A stretch of 63,128 nucleotides of DNA, filler included, from Octopus bimaculoides (GCF_001194135.2; 5 parts of 5 records of this genome joined end to end with filler, not necessarily neighbours in it), one strand, 5' to 3'; shown: positions 1 to 13,500, counted from the whole stretch's first letter. The notes: generated from the letters alone by a model not told the origin. Numbers and translations: made by a program.

Positions 1-10
1 TATATATATG

Positions 11-51
<41 letters not shown>

Positions 52-120
52 ATACACATACACACACACACACACATACACACATATATATATATATACA
101 TATATACTATGTATGCATGT
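1..120. repeat. Compound (TA)n/(CA)n/(TATG)n microsatellite
   Basis: Direct reading of the sequence. Confidence 0.95.
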
Positions 121-1197
121 ACAATGGTTCTTCGCTGGAATTTCACTTAACATATTTTACCCTTCATTAGACAGGATTCGTTAAAAATCAGATTCTTTTT
201 ACCAACTTCCTTTGTTAGTAGTATATTGTCACAACTTCGTGTATCACATTTCAAATTTAATTATTACCTTCGCCACCATGTTCGAAGAATTTTACTATAT
301 TTCCAATAAAGCGATATTCTTCTGCCAATATATTTAGTTGAAGAATCTTTTAAAAGTAGCAATTATGGAAGGTGTATGAAAGACTAACGATGCATTAATT
401 CCACCATATAATCAGACTGTATTCATCAATGTTGAACACTATTTCAGAATCCATACATGTGTGTGTATGTATGTATGTATGTATGTATTTATGTATGTAT
501 GTATACGTATATATANNNNNNNNNNNNNNNNNNNNNNNNNNNNNNNNNNNNNNNNNNNNNNNNNNNNNNNNNNNNNNNNNNNNNNNNNNNNNNNNNNNNN
601 NNNNNNNNNNNNNNNNNNNNNNNNNNNNNNNNNNNNNNNNNNNNNNNNNNNNNNNNNNNNNNNNNNNNNNNNNNNNNNNNNNNNNNTATATATATATATA
701 TTCTTTACTCAGGCATCAGATCTTCGGAAATAAATGGAATTTAATTTTTCTCTACTTTTCATTTTTAGTATGTATTTAAAAGTGCTGCAGATATAATATC
801 TTACTCGGAGGCAAGGTACATTATTCAAGAGAGAAAGAATCGCATATACTTAGAAGCACTTTATTAGTATAATACAACGAAGTGTACTTACTAAGTGTCA
901 TAAGAATATAATTAACAGATACTTTTCAAGCAAGACATCGAAATTAATTACAGAATTTAGTTCCGACACTATACATTCCGGGTTAAAATACCAACGAATA
1001 TCGCTAATTACTTTTCATGAATTCGGTTTCGCTAAAATATATATTAGCAACACTTTAACGCAGATTCACCTTAGCGAGTAGCCTACATTGATTATATCCT
1101 TACATAGCAGACACGAGTCTGTTGTTAGTATGTGATTGTACATATACACCTTATTGACTTCATCATTAGAGACATTTTACAATAGTTATATCTACAT

Positions 1198-1233
1198 AAC
1201 GTTTCGATCAGTTTAAATCCGATCGTCATCAGG
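1198..1233 (-). ncRNA. Partial hammerhead-ribozyme-like core; stem I not intact
   Basis: Minus strand reads CTGATGA-C-GATCGG-atttaaa-CTGATC-GAAAC-GTT: both core strands and a 6-bp stem II. The flanks do not pair as stem I. Confidence 0.5.
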
Positions 1234-1489
1234 AATCTTTTTATTTCTAAGCTCAGTGTAAGGATGTCTGTATCAATTAGGCCTCACCTCATAAAAACTC
1301 ATATATACAGACATGTGTGGGGGAGCGACGGATATGTGTTTATTTATCTACACTCACACACACATATATGTATGTATGATGTATGCATGATTTGACATAT
1401 ATATGCATATACATACATATATATACATATATATATACATATATAAATATATATATGTGTGTGTGCACATTTGTGTATACATACATACA

Positions 1490-1521
<32 letters not shown>

Positions 1522-1562
1522 GGATATATATTTCCAACTTTACTACATACATACATATAAAT

Positions 1563-1650
1563 ATATATAAATTTAATGAATGGAGTAAAACGCATATTTT
1601 AACTAAATACTTAAAATATGCGTTTTACTCCATTCATTAAATTTATATAT
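1563..1650. repeat. Perfect inverted repeat, 40-bp arms, 8-nt loop
   Basis: 1563-1602 is the exact reverse complement of 1611-1650; loop CTAAATAC. Confidence 0.95.
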
Positions 1651-2245
1651 ACTCAAGTACCCAAAATATCAAGGAGTTATCATAAACAGGAGTTACACCA
1701 CAGTTATTTTGTGACCTTTGCTACCCAAGTATCTATTAACCAATTTATTTTGTCCGAGTTATTTATTAATTAGGAGAAAATAAATACATATAATATAATA
1801 TATGTATATATATATATATATATATATNNNNNNNNNNNNNNNNNNNNNNNNNNNNNNNNNNNNNNNNNNNNNNNNNNNNNNNNNNNNNNNNNNNNNNNNN
1901 NNNNNNNNNNNNNNNNNNNNNNNNNNNNNNNNNNNNNNNNNNNNNNNNNNNNNNNNNNNNNNNNNNNNNNNNNNNNNNNNNNNNNNNNNNNNNNNNNNNN
2001 NNNNNNNNNNNNNNNNNNNNNNNNNNNNNNNNNNNNNNNNNNNNNNNNNNNNNNNNNNNNNNNNNNNNNNNNNNNNNNNNNNNNNNNNNNNNNNNNNNNN
2101 NNNNNNNNNNNNNNNNNNNNNNNNNNNNNNNNNNNNNNNNNNNNNNNNNNNNNNNNNNNNNNNNNNNNNNNNNNNNNNNNNNNNNNNNNNNNNNNNNNNN
2201 NNNNNNNNNNNNNNNNNNNNNNNNNNNNNNNNNNNNNNNNNNNNN

Positions 2246-2301
<56 letters not shown>

Positions 2302-2579
2302 ACTCCATATATATATATACAGATATATACAGGCATACCTCGTCTTAAGATCATTTCGATTTAAATCGTTCTCTATTATACGTCGGTTTTCAAGAATAAT
2401 ATATGAAAAAATAAAAATCAAGTTAAGTCATTTTACTCGACCTTACGTCTGTCTACCACAAATATTGGAATCGTAAAATCACCAGAAAACCGTTAAAAGC
2501 TCATAAAATCATGTTACTGTATTTTAAATAAAAATAGACGTCGTATTTCTTTGCTCAATATCATTTTAATTGTTTATTG

Positions 2580-3191
2580 TTTGCCATGAGCTATGTTTCA
2601 AGATGATATTATGCACGAGGCTTCCGTCAGTAGTCGAACTACAGTCGTGGATTGGTTTCGGGAAGTACGCTCCAATAGAATCCCATAGAAATTGGTTGTT
2701 TGGATGCTAATGGACAGCCATTAGTTGTAGAAATTGACGAAAGCAAGCCCTTTCATCGTAAGTATCACCAAGGTGAGTGGCGCCCTGGCCATTGGGTATT
2801 CAGTGGCATAAAGAGAGTCTCTAGAAGTGTCTTTTGGTCGAAGTGCCTGATCGTAGTCAACAATCTTTAACTACGCCGATACAAAGATGGATTTTACCTG
2901 GGACTCACATAGTCAGTGATGGCTGAGGAGCGTATAATAACATCGGTATCCTGAATGATGGTACCTACATGCACGAGACCAACAAAATTTTGTGGACCCT
3001 CATGATCAATACATCCACACACAAAATGTGGAAAGGCGTAGTTCCACGGATAAAAAGAATACATTTGTTCACTTTCTGGCGGCGATCGTCAGTGTTTATG
3101 CTGTGTAAAAAGTAAGTTCCTTCTTTTGCTACTTAACCCATCCCTTAATTCTTATTTACTTTTTTTAATATAACCATATTGAACAATTACC
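2580..3191 (+). pseudogene. Merlin (IS1016/ISXO2-like) DDE transposase relic with probable right end
   Basis: Broken frames give VVEIDESKPFHRKYHQG..WVF, VPDRS, WILPGTHIVSDG*GAY, FVDPHD.YIHTQNVE. Ends in GAACAATTACC, a plausible GG-starting TIR in reverse. Confidence 0.85.
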
Positions 3192-3459
3192 ATAAAAGCA
3201 TATAAAATCATATTAAAATAGTACAGTAAATGTTAAGATACACACCATAAAGAGGTGTAGCTCAGTGAACGAAATCATGAAATCAGCTGTGTTGTCTTAT
3301 TTATCGGTCTTTCGGAGCTCATATTGTACTGTAGTTACAATATCTACCGTTAGGCGTCGTTGTCACTCGTGATTCCCACGATTGTTTTGAATTCAGATTT
3401 GTTTACGTTTGTTTATCGGCCACTTTCTCATTCTCATTCATTTGTGACTTTATTTTTTG

Positions 3460-3900
3460 CTCCCATCACTCCTAAGAAAATTCATAGTCAAAGTGCTAAG
3501 TGTGATGCTATAACGCTGGAAGATAAACTGGCTATGATAAAACGCCATGCAAAAGCTGAAGAAGTGGTAGCAATTGCACGATCTTTTGGAATGAGTCGGA
3601 CAACTGTATCGACGGTTGTATGTAATAAGGACAAGATTTTAGCACATATCAAATCTGAAGCCCCAGGAATGAAGAACGTGGTCATCAATGAAAAAAACAG
3701 GCAAAATCTTTGAAGAAATGGAAAGTTTTCTTTCACTTCGGATTGTTAGGTTGAATCGTCAAGAGAAAGCGTTGTCTTTGTTTGAGGACCTGAAGAGAAA
3801 ACATCCAGATGAGAAAGATGTAGAGTTCAAGGCAAGTCAAGGATGGTTCATGAGATTGAAGGAGAGAAGAAGTTCTCATTCCATTGAAATATGTTCGTTA
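3460..3900 (+). pseudogene. pogo/Tigger transposase N-terminal fragment (psq-type HTH plus CENP-B HTH)
   Basis: ITLEDKLAMIKR..IARSFGMSRTTVSTV..NKDKI, then a frameshift to EKALSLFEDLK..EFKASQGWFMRLKER. Confidence 0.85.
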
Positions 3901-4351
3901 ATATATTCGTAAATTTAGATTACAGTTCTTGTTTTTACTGTACTGTATTAAAAAAATTTTAAATATTTGTTTGTAAGCTTAGAATAGTTTTTTCTTTTTT
4001 TTATTATTAATCATGTATTAACCAAGGAAACGGTTGACAGTGTCTTCGAATTTTCGGAGTAGTTGTCTTCATCGGGATGTGTGACGGAGGCAGCTCAGCT
4101 GAAACTTCGAAATCACTGTCAACATTGACAACGTGTGTGTGTGTGTGTGTGTGTACGTGCATATGTGCGCGATGGTATGTATACATACATACACACACAC
4201 ATATATATACATATATGTGTGTGTGTGTATTTAATATTTTGGACTAATGGGTAATGTCGATTAATGTGTTGACTAGCAGTCCGGGCTACATGGTGTTATC
4301 CGCAGTCGGGATTTATTACCGTCGGATCTACTTCAGGAACTCCGCAGGAAC

Positions 4352-4385
<34 letters not shown>

Positions 4386-4582
4386 NNNNNNNNNNNNNNN
4401 NNNNNNNNNNNNNNNNNNNNNNNNNNNNNNNNNNNNNNNNNNNNNNNNNNNNNNNNNNNNNNNNNNNNNNNNNNNNNNNNNNNNNNNNNNNNNNNNNNNN
4501 NNNNNNNNNNNNNNNNNNNNNNNNNNNNNNNNNNNNNNNNNNNNNNNNNNNNNNNNNNNNNNNNNNNNNNNNNNNNNNNNAT

Positions 4583-4962
4583 AATAGAGTTATTAATATT
4601 TCTAAGTCTCTCTAAAGGAGACTACGGCAGCGGTACTGGAAATTAATAGTTATCGCCAAGCCAACATGGCAGTCCCAAAATTAGGACGAAAGCTGCCGTG
4701 AATTAGCTCCAAGAAGCCATCGCCTCTAGCTAGCTATGTGACACACGAAACCTGTGTCCTTTATAACCTTCGAACAGGGGAGGTCAGCAGTTTCCCCTTG
4801 CTGGTTTGGCATCTGCAGACTAGTTTCAGGGTGTTGCCCCTTGTCAATGCAGAGCAGCCAAGCTCCAGCCAGGCGGCGCTGCTGACTATCTGTTCGAAGG
4901 TTATTTATCTAATTTCAGTGGAATCTATCCACTGGTTTTCAGAAATAGAGTTATTAATATTT
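4583..4962. repeat. Unclassified element: 19-bp direct repeats enclosing an inverted repeat
   Basis: AATAGAGTTATTAATATTT at 4583-4601 and 4944-4962. ATAACCTTCGAACAG (4763-4777) and CTGTTCGAAGGTTAT (4890-4904), with inner GTCAGCAG/CTGCTGAC. Confidence 0.7.
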
Positions 4963-5295
4963 AGTTACAGCTTATACCGCACCAACGCCATCTATGTATT
5001 CTGGGAAACTTAGATCATGAGAAAGTAACTGCATCATTTTCCACAGGATTACCGTAGACAATGTGTTTACATAGAATAATTTTTGAAGACTATGTTTAAA
5101 TATAATGGCATCTTCCAAAAAAAGTACATAAATTGTAGAACACATTAATTCAATATAAAATTAAATATTTATTCAGTTTCAAAATTATTTCATCGTTATG
5201 AGGAGTTCTGGGAAATATGTTCATACAAACTACAATAAATTACTCTGAAGTAACAAAACATCTAGCAATAATTGCAGTTGACCACGTAGAGAAAC

Positions 5296-5344
<49 letters not shown>

Positions 5345-5813
5345 CCTAAAGAAAAGTAACTGGTTTTGAGGAAAAATTATTTTCCAGAGAATAAATATTT
5401 ATTAAATCACTACAATACACACACAGATACACACAAGTTCACTTGTCTTCATACACATACACACGGAAAACATGCTGGTATATACGTATATGAATAGATA
5501 CTTGCTTATATATTGGTTACGATTCAGTTGAACGACCGACTTTATTATCTGCTCAGTGAATGAACATATACTATGGCTGATCATTCCACAGACATATATC
5601 CTCTTCGTGTTATTCTCAGTCCAAAACAGGTGGCAAATTTGTATCATCGAATCACAAGTATATAGTTCATGCGACGTGTTTTAAACAGCTTCAGTGAAAT
5701 ATCATTCATTAGGTATGAATCGACATGAGACGTAGAAATGATGTATGCCCCATGATAACACGCATTGGGATCAAACCTGAAACATCATTTAAAAATATAT
5801 GTGTGTATGTGTG

Positions 5814-5886
<73 letters not shown>

Positions 5887-5936
5887 GTGTGGGGTATGTA
5901 ATATACATACATACATATGAATATAAATATATATAA

Positions 5937-6395
5937 GTGCAGGCGTGACTGTGTGGTAAGAAGCTTGTTTCCCAACCACACGGTACCGGGTTCAGTCCCA
6001 CTGTGTGGTACCTTGAGCAAGTGTCTTCTACTATAGCCTCGGGCTGACTAAAGCCTTGTGAGTGGATTTGGATGACGGAAACTGAAAGAAGCCCGTCTTT
6101 TGTGTATGTATGTGTATGAAGACAAGTGTACTTTTGTGTATCTGTATGTGCGACTATGTGTGTATTGCACTGATTTATATGTATATGTGTCTGTATTTCT
6201 GTTTGACAACCGATGTTGGTGTGTTTACCTCACCGTAACTTAGCGGTGAGGCAAAATATACCGATAGAATAAGTAGTAGGCTTACAAAGAACATGTACTG
6301 GGGTCGATTTCTTCGACTGAAGAAAAACTTTTTAGAGCGCTGCTCCAGCATGGCTGCAGTCAGATGACTGAAACAAGTAAAAGAATAAAAGATTA
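5937..6395 (+). mobile_element. tRNA-head SINE, family A (head, central domain, internal microsatellite, LINE-like tail)
   Basis: A-box-like GTGACTGTGTGGTAAG, B-box-like GGTTCAGTCCC, body CAAGTGTCTTCTACTATAGCCTCGGG..GACGGAAACTGAAAGAAGCCCG, tail CCAGCATGG..GAAACAAGTAAAAG. Homologous copies elsewhere in the window. Confidence 0.85.
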
Positions 6396-6404
6396 AAAGA
6401 ACAT

Positions 6405-6410
6405 AGATAA

Positions 6411-6459
<49 letters not shown>

Positions 6460-6488
6460 CAGACAGTCAGACAGACAGACAGACAGAA

Positions 6489-6519
<31 letters not shown>

Positions 6520-6545
6520 TAGATAGATAGATAAATAGATAGCTA
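6405..6545. repeat. (AGAT)n/(AGAC)n tetranucleotide array
   Basis: Direct reading. Confidence 0.95.
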
Positions 6546-6644
6546 GAGATACATGTATCTAACTATCCATCTACCTACATGTATGTATGCATGCACTTAT
6601 GTATGAATCTATGTATGCATGTTTGTGCGTGTGTTTGTGTTTGT

Positions 6645-6830
6645 CGCGCCGCTTGTCTACAGAGGTCGGTTTGTTTACGTCTCACTGGTTCGTCAAAAGA
6701 GCAGATAAAATACGTACTTCATTTAAAAACTGAGTAAGTACTAGGCCTGAGTTTTATTATTATTATTTGCCTCTTCAAATCAGTACTCCGAAATGGTTGC
6801 AGTCCAATGAGTCAAACAACTAGGAAAACG
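6645..6830 (+). mobile_element. Diverged SINE family A 3' half
   Basis: GGTTTGTTTACGTC..AGTAAGTACTAGG..GGTTGCAGTCCAATGA aligns by eye to 6200-6390. Confidence 0.6.
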
Positions 6831-7243
6831 AAGAAAAAAATATATAAACACATAATCCTAATTCTGTCTGAGCATTATGCATGGTAAACAACGATTTTAA
6901 TATTCTAGTCTACCGATTTAAAGTTAAGCATGTTTTAGAACTTTTCAATATAACTGTCATAGGTGTTTACTATCGACATTTCTGTGCGGTAAATCGCTTA
7001 CATTAGAAAGTTCAGTGTTACCGATCCCCAGCAGACAAGACCAAACGCACCAGCGTTTTGTTTTCCTTGGCAGTGATCAATTCAGCTCCTACTGCCGTCA
7101 TCAATCTTTTTGCTCCCTCTGCTCCTACACATATTGATGTTCGCGTACACAATCAATCACATGCACAAAATACGCGCATGCAACCGCATGTGCATGAAAG
7201 GAGGAAGAGAAAGAAAGCAAGCAAGATTGATGGAGTCAAACAA

Positions 7244-7279
<36 letters not shown>

Positions 7280-7568
7280 CTAGTCGGTTTTGTCTAAACA
7301 ATCATATATATACACATGAACACAAATATGAACTCAGGCACACATGCATAAATATATATACATGTATTTATAAATCATCCTGTGTCCATGCATGAGTGCG
7401 TGCGCGCGTGTGTCTGTGTCTCAGTGTATGGACATGCCGATGTTCGTTCCGGTAGTGTTCTCTATAACAAACTAAAAATGTCATTATTAATCCCAATCGC
7501 GACCATACATTTAGAAACATTTGTGTGTGTATGTCTGTATCTGTGTTTGTGTCTCTGTGTGTCTGCCT

Positions 7569-7671
<103 letters not shown>

Positions 7672-7783
7672 CATGTGTGTGTGTACGTGTGTGTGCGTAC
7701 GTATGAATGTGCTTGTGTATATACTTAGAATATGTATATATACATATATGCATAGATAGATAGATAGATTGATTGATAGATAA

Positions 7784-7821
<38 letters not shown>

Positions 7822-8424
7822 TCACAGACAGTAGAGAGAGTGAGAGACGGACGTATACATACAAATAAATATATGCGTGTGCTTCTGTGTGTGTATGTGT
7901 GTGTGAGTTTGTGTGTGTGCTTGTACGTACGTATGAATGTGCTTGTGTGTAAATATTCGCGTGTATCCTATTTATTTTTCTACTTATTTACATGTGCCTG
8001 TATATGTGTAGTCACGTATGTAAATGTACGTGCGTGTCCGTATGTATATGTATGATTATATATGTGTATTAGTGTGTACCTCTGAGCTTATTGAGGCCAA
8101 TCTCATATGCAGGTATGTAGCAACGTATATACATGCGTATATATATATATATATATATATATATAAGTGTCAAGGTTTTAATCTTATTAATGAGATATTT
8201 ATTCAAGCGAAGAAAATACTGTTGAGTTAACCATCTATTGAGTTATGCAATATTGCACAATCTCACCGAATCGTAATGACATGTAAATATTCATCTGAAA
8301 CAGGTCGTGGCCATTAAAGGACCGTCTGACTTTGACATCTCACTATTATTGATTTCTATAAGTGAGAGTGCGCCTGTGTATATATATATGAGTGTGACTC
8401 TGCGTGACGTAGCAGTCATGATGC

Positions 8425-8545
8425 CACTCTAACTCTCCTAAGGTCGAAGGTTCGATTCCTGCACCGAATGGTACGTTATGGCCTCGAGCAAGACACTTCA
8501 TTCCACGTTGCTTACGTCTACTGCACTGAAATATGTACCACCTAA
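8425..8545 (+). mobile_element. Diverged tRNA-head SINE (family D-like)
   Basis: B box GGTTCGATTCC followed by GAGCAAGACACTTCATTCCACGTTGCT, matching the minus-strand SINE at 47108-47479. Confidence 0.65.
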
Positions 8546-9017
8546 ATGGTAATGCAGCCCACTTTTGCTCTTTTTATCCAGCTATCACATCCTGGACGTC
8601 TGCACACTGGATCAAAAGTTTCGAGCCCGAGAAATCATCTATGTCTTTTCACGATTAACACCTATAATAATTAATGAAATCATGGTGTTTTCTACGAAGC
8701 CATCAAATATAACGCTGTCATTAACAATGCAAATTAACGCTGAGCTAATCAAAACACCTGATAGAGGTAACTGAAGCAGCATCAACTCAATAGTCCCAGC
8801 AACTTCAAGCGACAATGCTAGATGCTTCTCGGCCATCTCGAACCAGCCATTTGCATTGGACACAGATTTGATTATTTGCGCTTGATTATACCAAAGTTAA
8901 AACCGTCAGCCAAATGATTCACTTTGTTCTGTATTAACTTTTCTCGTTAAAACACCTTTCAATACCTCTAATCTAACTTTGTGTGTTGAATTTGGTATTT
9001 CCAAAATATGACATATA

Positions 9018-9796
9018 TCAGGTCATCCCATAAGTTCTATCCGATGTTACCTTTTTTTAAATTGAATGAAATTTAATAGTATTATAGAATGTCTAATGGA
9101 ATTTAAAAAATTATTTTTATGCATTTGTGTACATTTAGACTAATTAAATATTATTTTACAGAATAATAGAATTAAAATTTCTTTGATTAAAACCCTTTCT
9201 AACATGGAAGTATCCAAAGAGCATTTGAGGCTCATAATGCTTTATGAGTACAAAAAAGGAAACTCTGCAACCAAAGCGACACGAAACATATACTCAGTTT
9301 ATGGGAAATAATGCTTGAATAAAAGAACTTGCAGAAGATGGTTTGCACAATTCAGAAATGGAGATTTCAGCCTTGAAGATGAAGATTGAACAGGTCGTCC
9401 AGTTGAGTTTGAGGATAAGCTTCTTGAGGCATTACTTGAAGAAAATCCTGCATTATCAGTTGAAGAATTGGCAATAAAGCTTAGTTCAAACCACACAACT
9501 GTTCATCGTCATCTTCAACAACTTGGAAAGGTTCCTAAACTTGGAATTTTGTGTGTCTCATGAATTGTCCGAAAGCAACCGCAAATCCCAAGTTAACATC
9601 TGCTCTCCTCTCCATTCTCGCGAACTCATTTCACCATTTTTGGATAGATTTATGACAGGTGACGAAAAATGGATCTTCTATCGAAATGTTAAACGTCGTA
9701 AACTGGCTTGGTAAAAAGGAAAAAGTTCAGCCACAACCGAGAAGGGAACTTCATGGAAGAAAGGATCTTCTCTCTATCTGGTAGGATTCCAAAGGA

Positions 9797-9800
<4 letters not shown>
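9018..9800 (+). mobile_element. mariner relic: left TIR and 5' part of transposase, 3'-truncated at (TA)n
   Basis: TA-TCAGGTCATCCCATAAGTTC left end. ATG at 9204: MEVSKEHLRLIMLYEYKKG..RRWFAQFRNGDFSLEDE..GRP..FMTGDEKWIFYRN, with stops and frameshifts. Confidence 0.92.
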
Positions 9801-9845
<45 letters not shown>

Positions 9846-10405
9846 CAGCACCAATAAAAATTCAGAAGCGAATATTTATATAGATATTGATATTGTTATT
9901 ATTACTGAAGGCTATACAAATAGTTGATAGTAACAACATTAATATAGGTGATTGCAAGCCTAAATCAACGTTATATAGCTATAGAATTAAAAATATATTA
10001 ATCATACAATCAAACACAATTACACATGGTACATACGGAGGATTTCCTGTTAAGGATCTTATTGCACTGGCACTCAACTTTAGATACACAGTCCTTGCAC
10101 TCGAAATAACTCGAAACTGATGAAGATGATTTACCTGACTTATGTTTTTATTATTAATATTATGTCCAGTATCGGTTAGGAGTCCGAAGTGGAATGACAT
10201 CAGTGAATTCTTACCGCTCTGTTACCGCAGCTTAGTAATACTGTGCAATAGGCCTACCGAGTTCTAACAACTAGTTACTGTTATGGCAAAGAGGAATATA
10301 CATACAAACACACACATACACACACACACACATATATACTTATATTTATATATATATTCCTCTTTACCATAGCAGTAATAATAACGAGTTATATATATAT
10401 ATATA

Positions 10406-10442
<37 letters not shown>

Positions 10443-10455
10443 GCGTGCGTGTGTG

Positions 10456-10499
<44 letters not shown>

Positions 10500-10501
<2 letters not shown>

Positions 10502-13500
10502 TTAGATATGTTTCGACCAAAGATTTGTCTAGGCCACGTCTAACTTAATAGCACCACCTGATAGGATTATCTAAATCCTTAAGTCAAGTTTTGTGGTATT
10601 ATGGGCCATTCAAGTAGTGAGTTCTTGTTGATTGAGTTGTGTCCAGGTATGGGTGGCTTATCTGATATTCCTTGAAGAAATTTGTCCAGACTCCGTTTAA
10701 AGGTGATGGGATCCTTTCCTTCTTTGATCAGTTTTGGGACAATGTTAAACAGGTAGGGCCTGTTGAGAATAAGAATCTGTGTCGTAGTGTACCTAAATGC
10801 TGTGATCCTCAATTGGACAGGGGACGTATGGCCCGTGGTCCCAGCCTTGGATGAACTTTGAAGCTAATGTTCAGGTCATTTGGGCAATGCTGGTGGTATA
10901 TTTTCCACATCGTGCAAATGATGTACCGTGGTGTGACCTACAAAGGGGGAGAAAAGTGAAATGATGACACCTTGTTCTCTTGACTGGAAGGTTCTTTAGA
11001 TCCAGGAGCTCATCCTACGAGCTATATCGACCTTATTGTGGATGTGGGCACTCCAACTGAGATTGTTATCAACAATTATACCTAGGCCTCTTATATTATT
11101 AGATGATGTGAGTGGTTCCCCTGAATGAAGAGAGTATGGCTGTTTTAGTAAAGTTTTTCTTCCAAAGTGCGTCAGCTCAAATTTTCCCTCATTTAGTTGC
11201 ATTTTGTTTTTGTCTGCCCATTGACTCACCGCATATAGATCAGACTGGAGTTGAGTTCGGTCTTCTTCTTCATTCATGATTTGCTGGAGCTTAGTATCAT
11301 CAACAAATATTTTCACTTTGCAGTGATTTACGACCCTGGCAAGGTCGTTTATGTAGATTATAAAGAGAAGCGGGCCCAAGACAGTCCTTTTGCTGGGTTT
11401 GAGTGGACTCCATCGACCACAACATGTTGTGTTCTATTCGCCAGGAAATACTGAATCCAGTGTTGAAGCTTTCCACGGATTCCAACATTTGCTAATTTTC
11501 AGAATAAGATATTATGGTTAACCATGTTGAACGCTTTACTGTAGTCAAGATATATGACATCAGAGTTCGAACCTGTTCCCAAGGCTTTAAGTATATCCTC
11601 AATGTGGTGTAAGAGCTGTGTTAGACAGTCGCTGCCACAGCGAAAGCCATGCTAATTTTCATTAAGGAGTTTGTGGATCTCCAGGAAGCCAGCTATCCTT
11701 GATCTTACCACTCTTTCAAACAGTTTAATGATGTGGGAGGTGAACGAGATTGGACGATAATTGACTGCGAAGGCTCTGTTTCCCTGTTTGAAAACAAGAC
11801 GACAGACTTGGTTAGGAGATGTTTCGGTATATAACCTGAGTCTAAAGAATTTCTCCAGAGGTTGGTTAGAGGGACTGCAAGTTGGTGTCTACATTCCTTC
11901 AGGAGACTAGCGGGGAATCTAAAAGGGCCTACGGCAGAATAGTATTTGACCTCATTTATTACTGCTATGATGTCTGAGGCAGTGAAGCTTATGTCCGAGA
12001 TTTTATGTTGGGAATCAACTTCGTTCGCTTCTCTTACATCAATATCCTTGTTTCTGCAGTATTTCTGCCATTTCTTTACCATCGTGGTGGGGAATGCCGT
12101 TGTCATCAATCAATGGCCCAATGAGCGAGACAGAGTTTCTATGCTTATTTGCATAAGAAAAGAACACTTTTGGGTTCTGTTTGATGTTTTTGTTTACCCA
12201 CTTTTCCTCTGCAGCTCTTTGATTTTCAATGGAGGTTTTCATATCGGTCTGCAAGCGAAGTTTTTCCAACTCCAGCCTTTTCATTGTTGTTGAAAGTGGA
12301 TGTTGTATGTGGGAATATTTTAATTGGTTGATTTTTTTTATTGAGTCTTTTGATGCGTCTGATAAGTGCTTTTTTTTCTTTCCAGGGATCCGATTTCTGT
12401 ATGTGTCAGTGGATTTCGTAGGAGCGTGTTTTGAGCATGTATCTGCGACAATGTTCTCAAAATGCTGCCATGCGGTCTCTATGTGAGTGGAACTGAGAAT
12501 GAAGGACCAGTCGATGAAGGACATCCTTTCTGATTGCTCCCCAGTCCGCCTTGTGGAAGTTTATGCTGTCAAATAAATGCCGTGGGATGAGATTGGCTGG
12601 TTTGGTTTTGATATGCCGGTAATTAAAATTACAGAGTATCGTGTCGTGGTCTGAGAGGAGAGTTTTTTTCAACTTAAATACTGTGAACGGAGTTAGAGTG
12701 GTTGGTTAATATTAGATCCAAGATCGTTTTCTTCTGTGTTGTTGGTTCGAGTACTAGTTGAGTCAGGAAAAATTTATCAATTTGATAAAAGAGTAATTCT
12801 GCTGCTGATGTAGAGCATTTGCCTAACTTCAGATTATTTGTGGGTCAGTTTATATGAGGGAGGTTAAAATCACCCATCACTAGTATGTTTCTGGAGTTGT
12901 ATTTTTGAAGGAAGGACTTGATTTTGTCGAGGCACTCTTCAATGCACTATAGATTCACAATAGCCATTGGAAAATATATCCTTGGCATCAGCTGAAAAGG
13001 AGTCGTCGAGAAAGATGGCTGTCCCCTCATTATTTCGGTCTGTGCGATCTGCATGGATGATGGTGAAATCTTTTATTTTCACCTCGGCATCAAGAAAGCG
13101 AAGCAATGTCCCATTTCAGCAAGCCAGCTAGCTCTCTCTATATGGGATCTTCCATTTTTGCGCAATAAGTGATGAGTGAATGCTACGTACATTTAAGAGG
13201 AATGTCGAGGTAAGGGCAGTTTGATGTTCGCATTGTTCTAAGTTATGTTTTATTTTGTTCAGAGGTAGCAATGAGGGAAGTTTTTGTATGGAGCTGTGTG
13301 TGTATGATTTTCTAGTTGGTAGTGGGTGTGTGTTCCTTGTGTTTTGCATAAATGGTTGACTATAGCTCGTTGAATGTCCTGGCATAGGTCGGCCTTCATA
13401 TTTTCTAGATAAGTTAGTAAAAAGGAGTTGCCTCTTTGGTTTGCCACTTGGCCAGATGATACATAGTTCATGTTTATGTTATTTGGTATTATGATTTTTC

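Noticed and set aside
3221-3943. 10-bp inverted pair GTACAGTAAA/TTTACTGTAC as Tigger TIRs
   Set aside because: Too short, and TACTGTA words recur in this AT-rich element.
5937-6010. tRNA gene candidates here and at 36396, 43968, 47400
   Set aside because: A/B boxes only, continuing into SINE bodies; no full cloverleaf.
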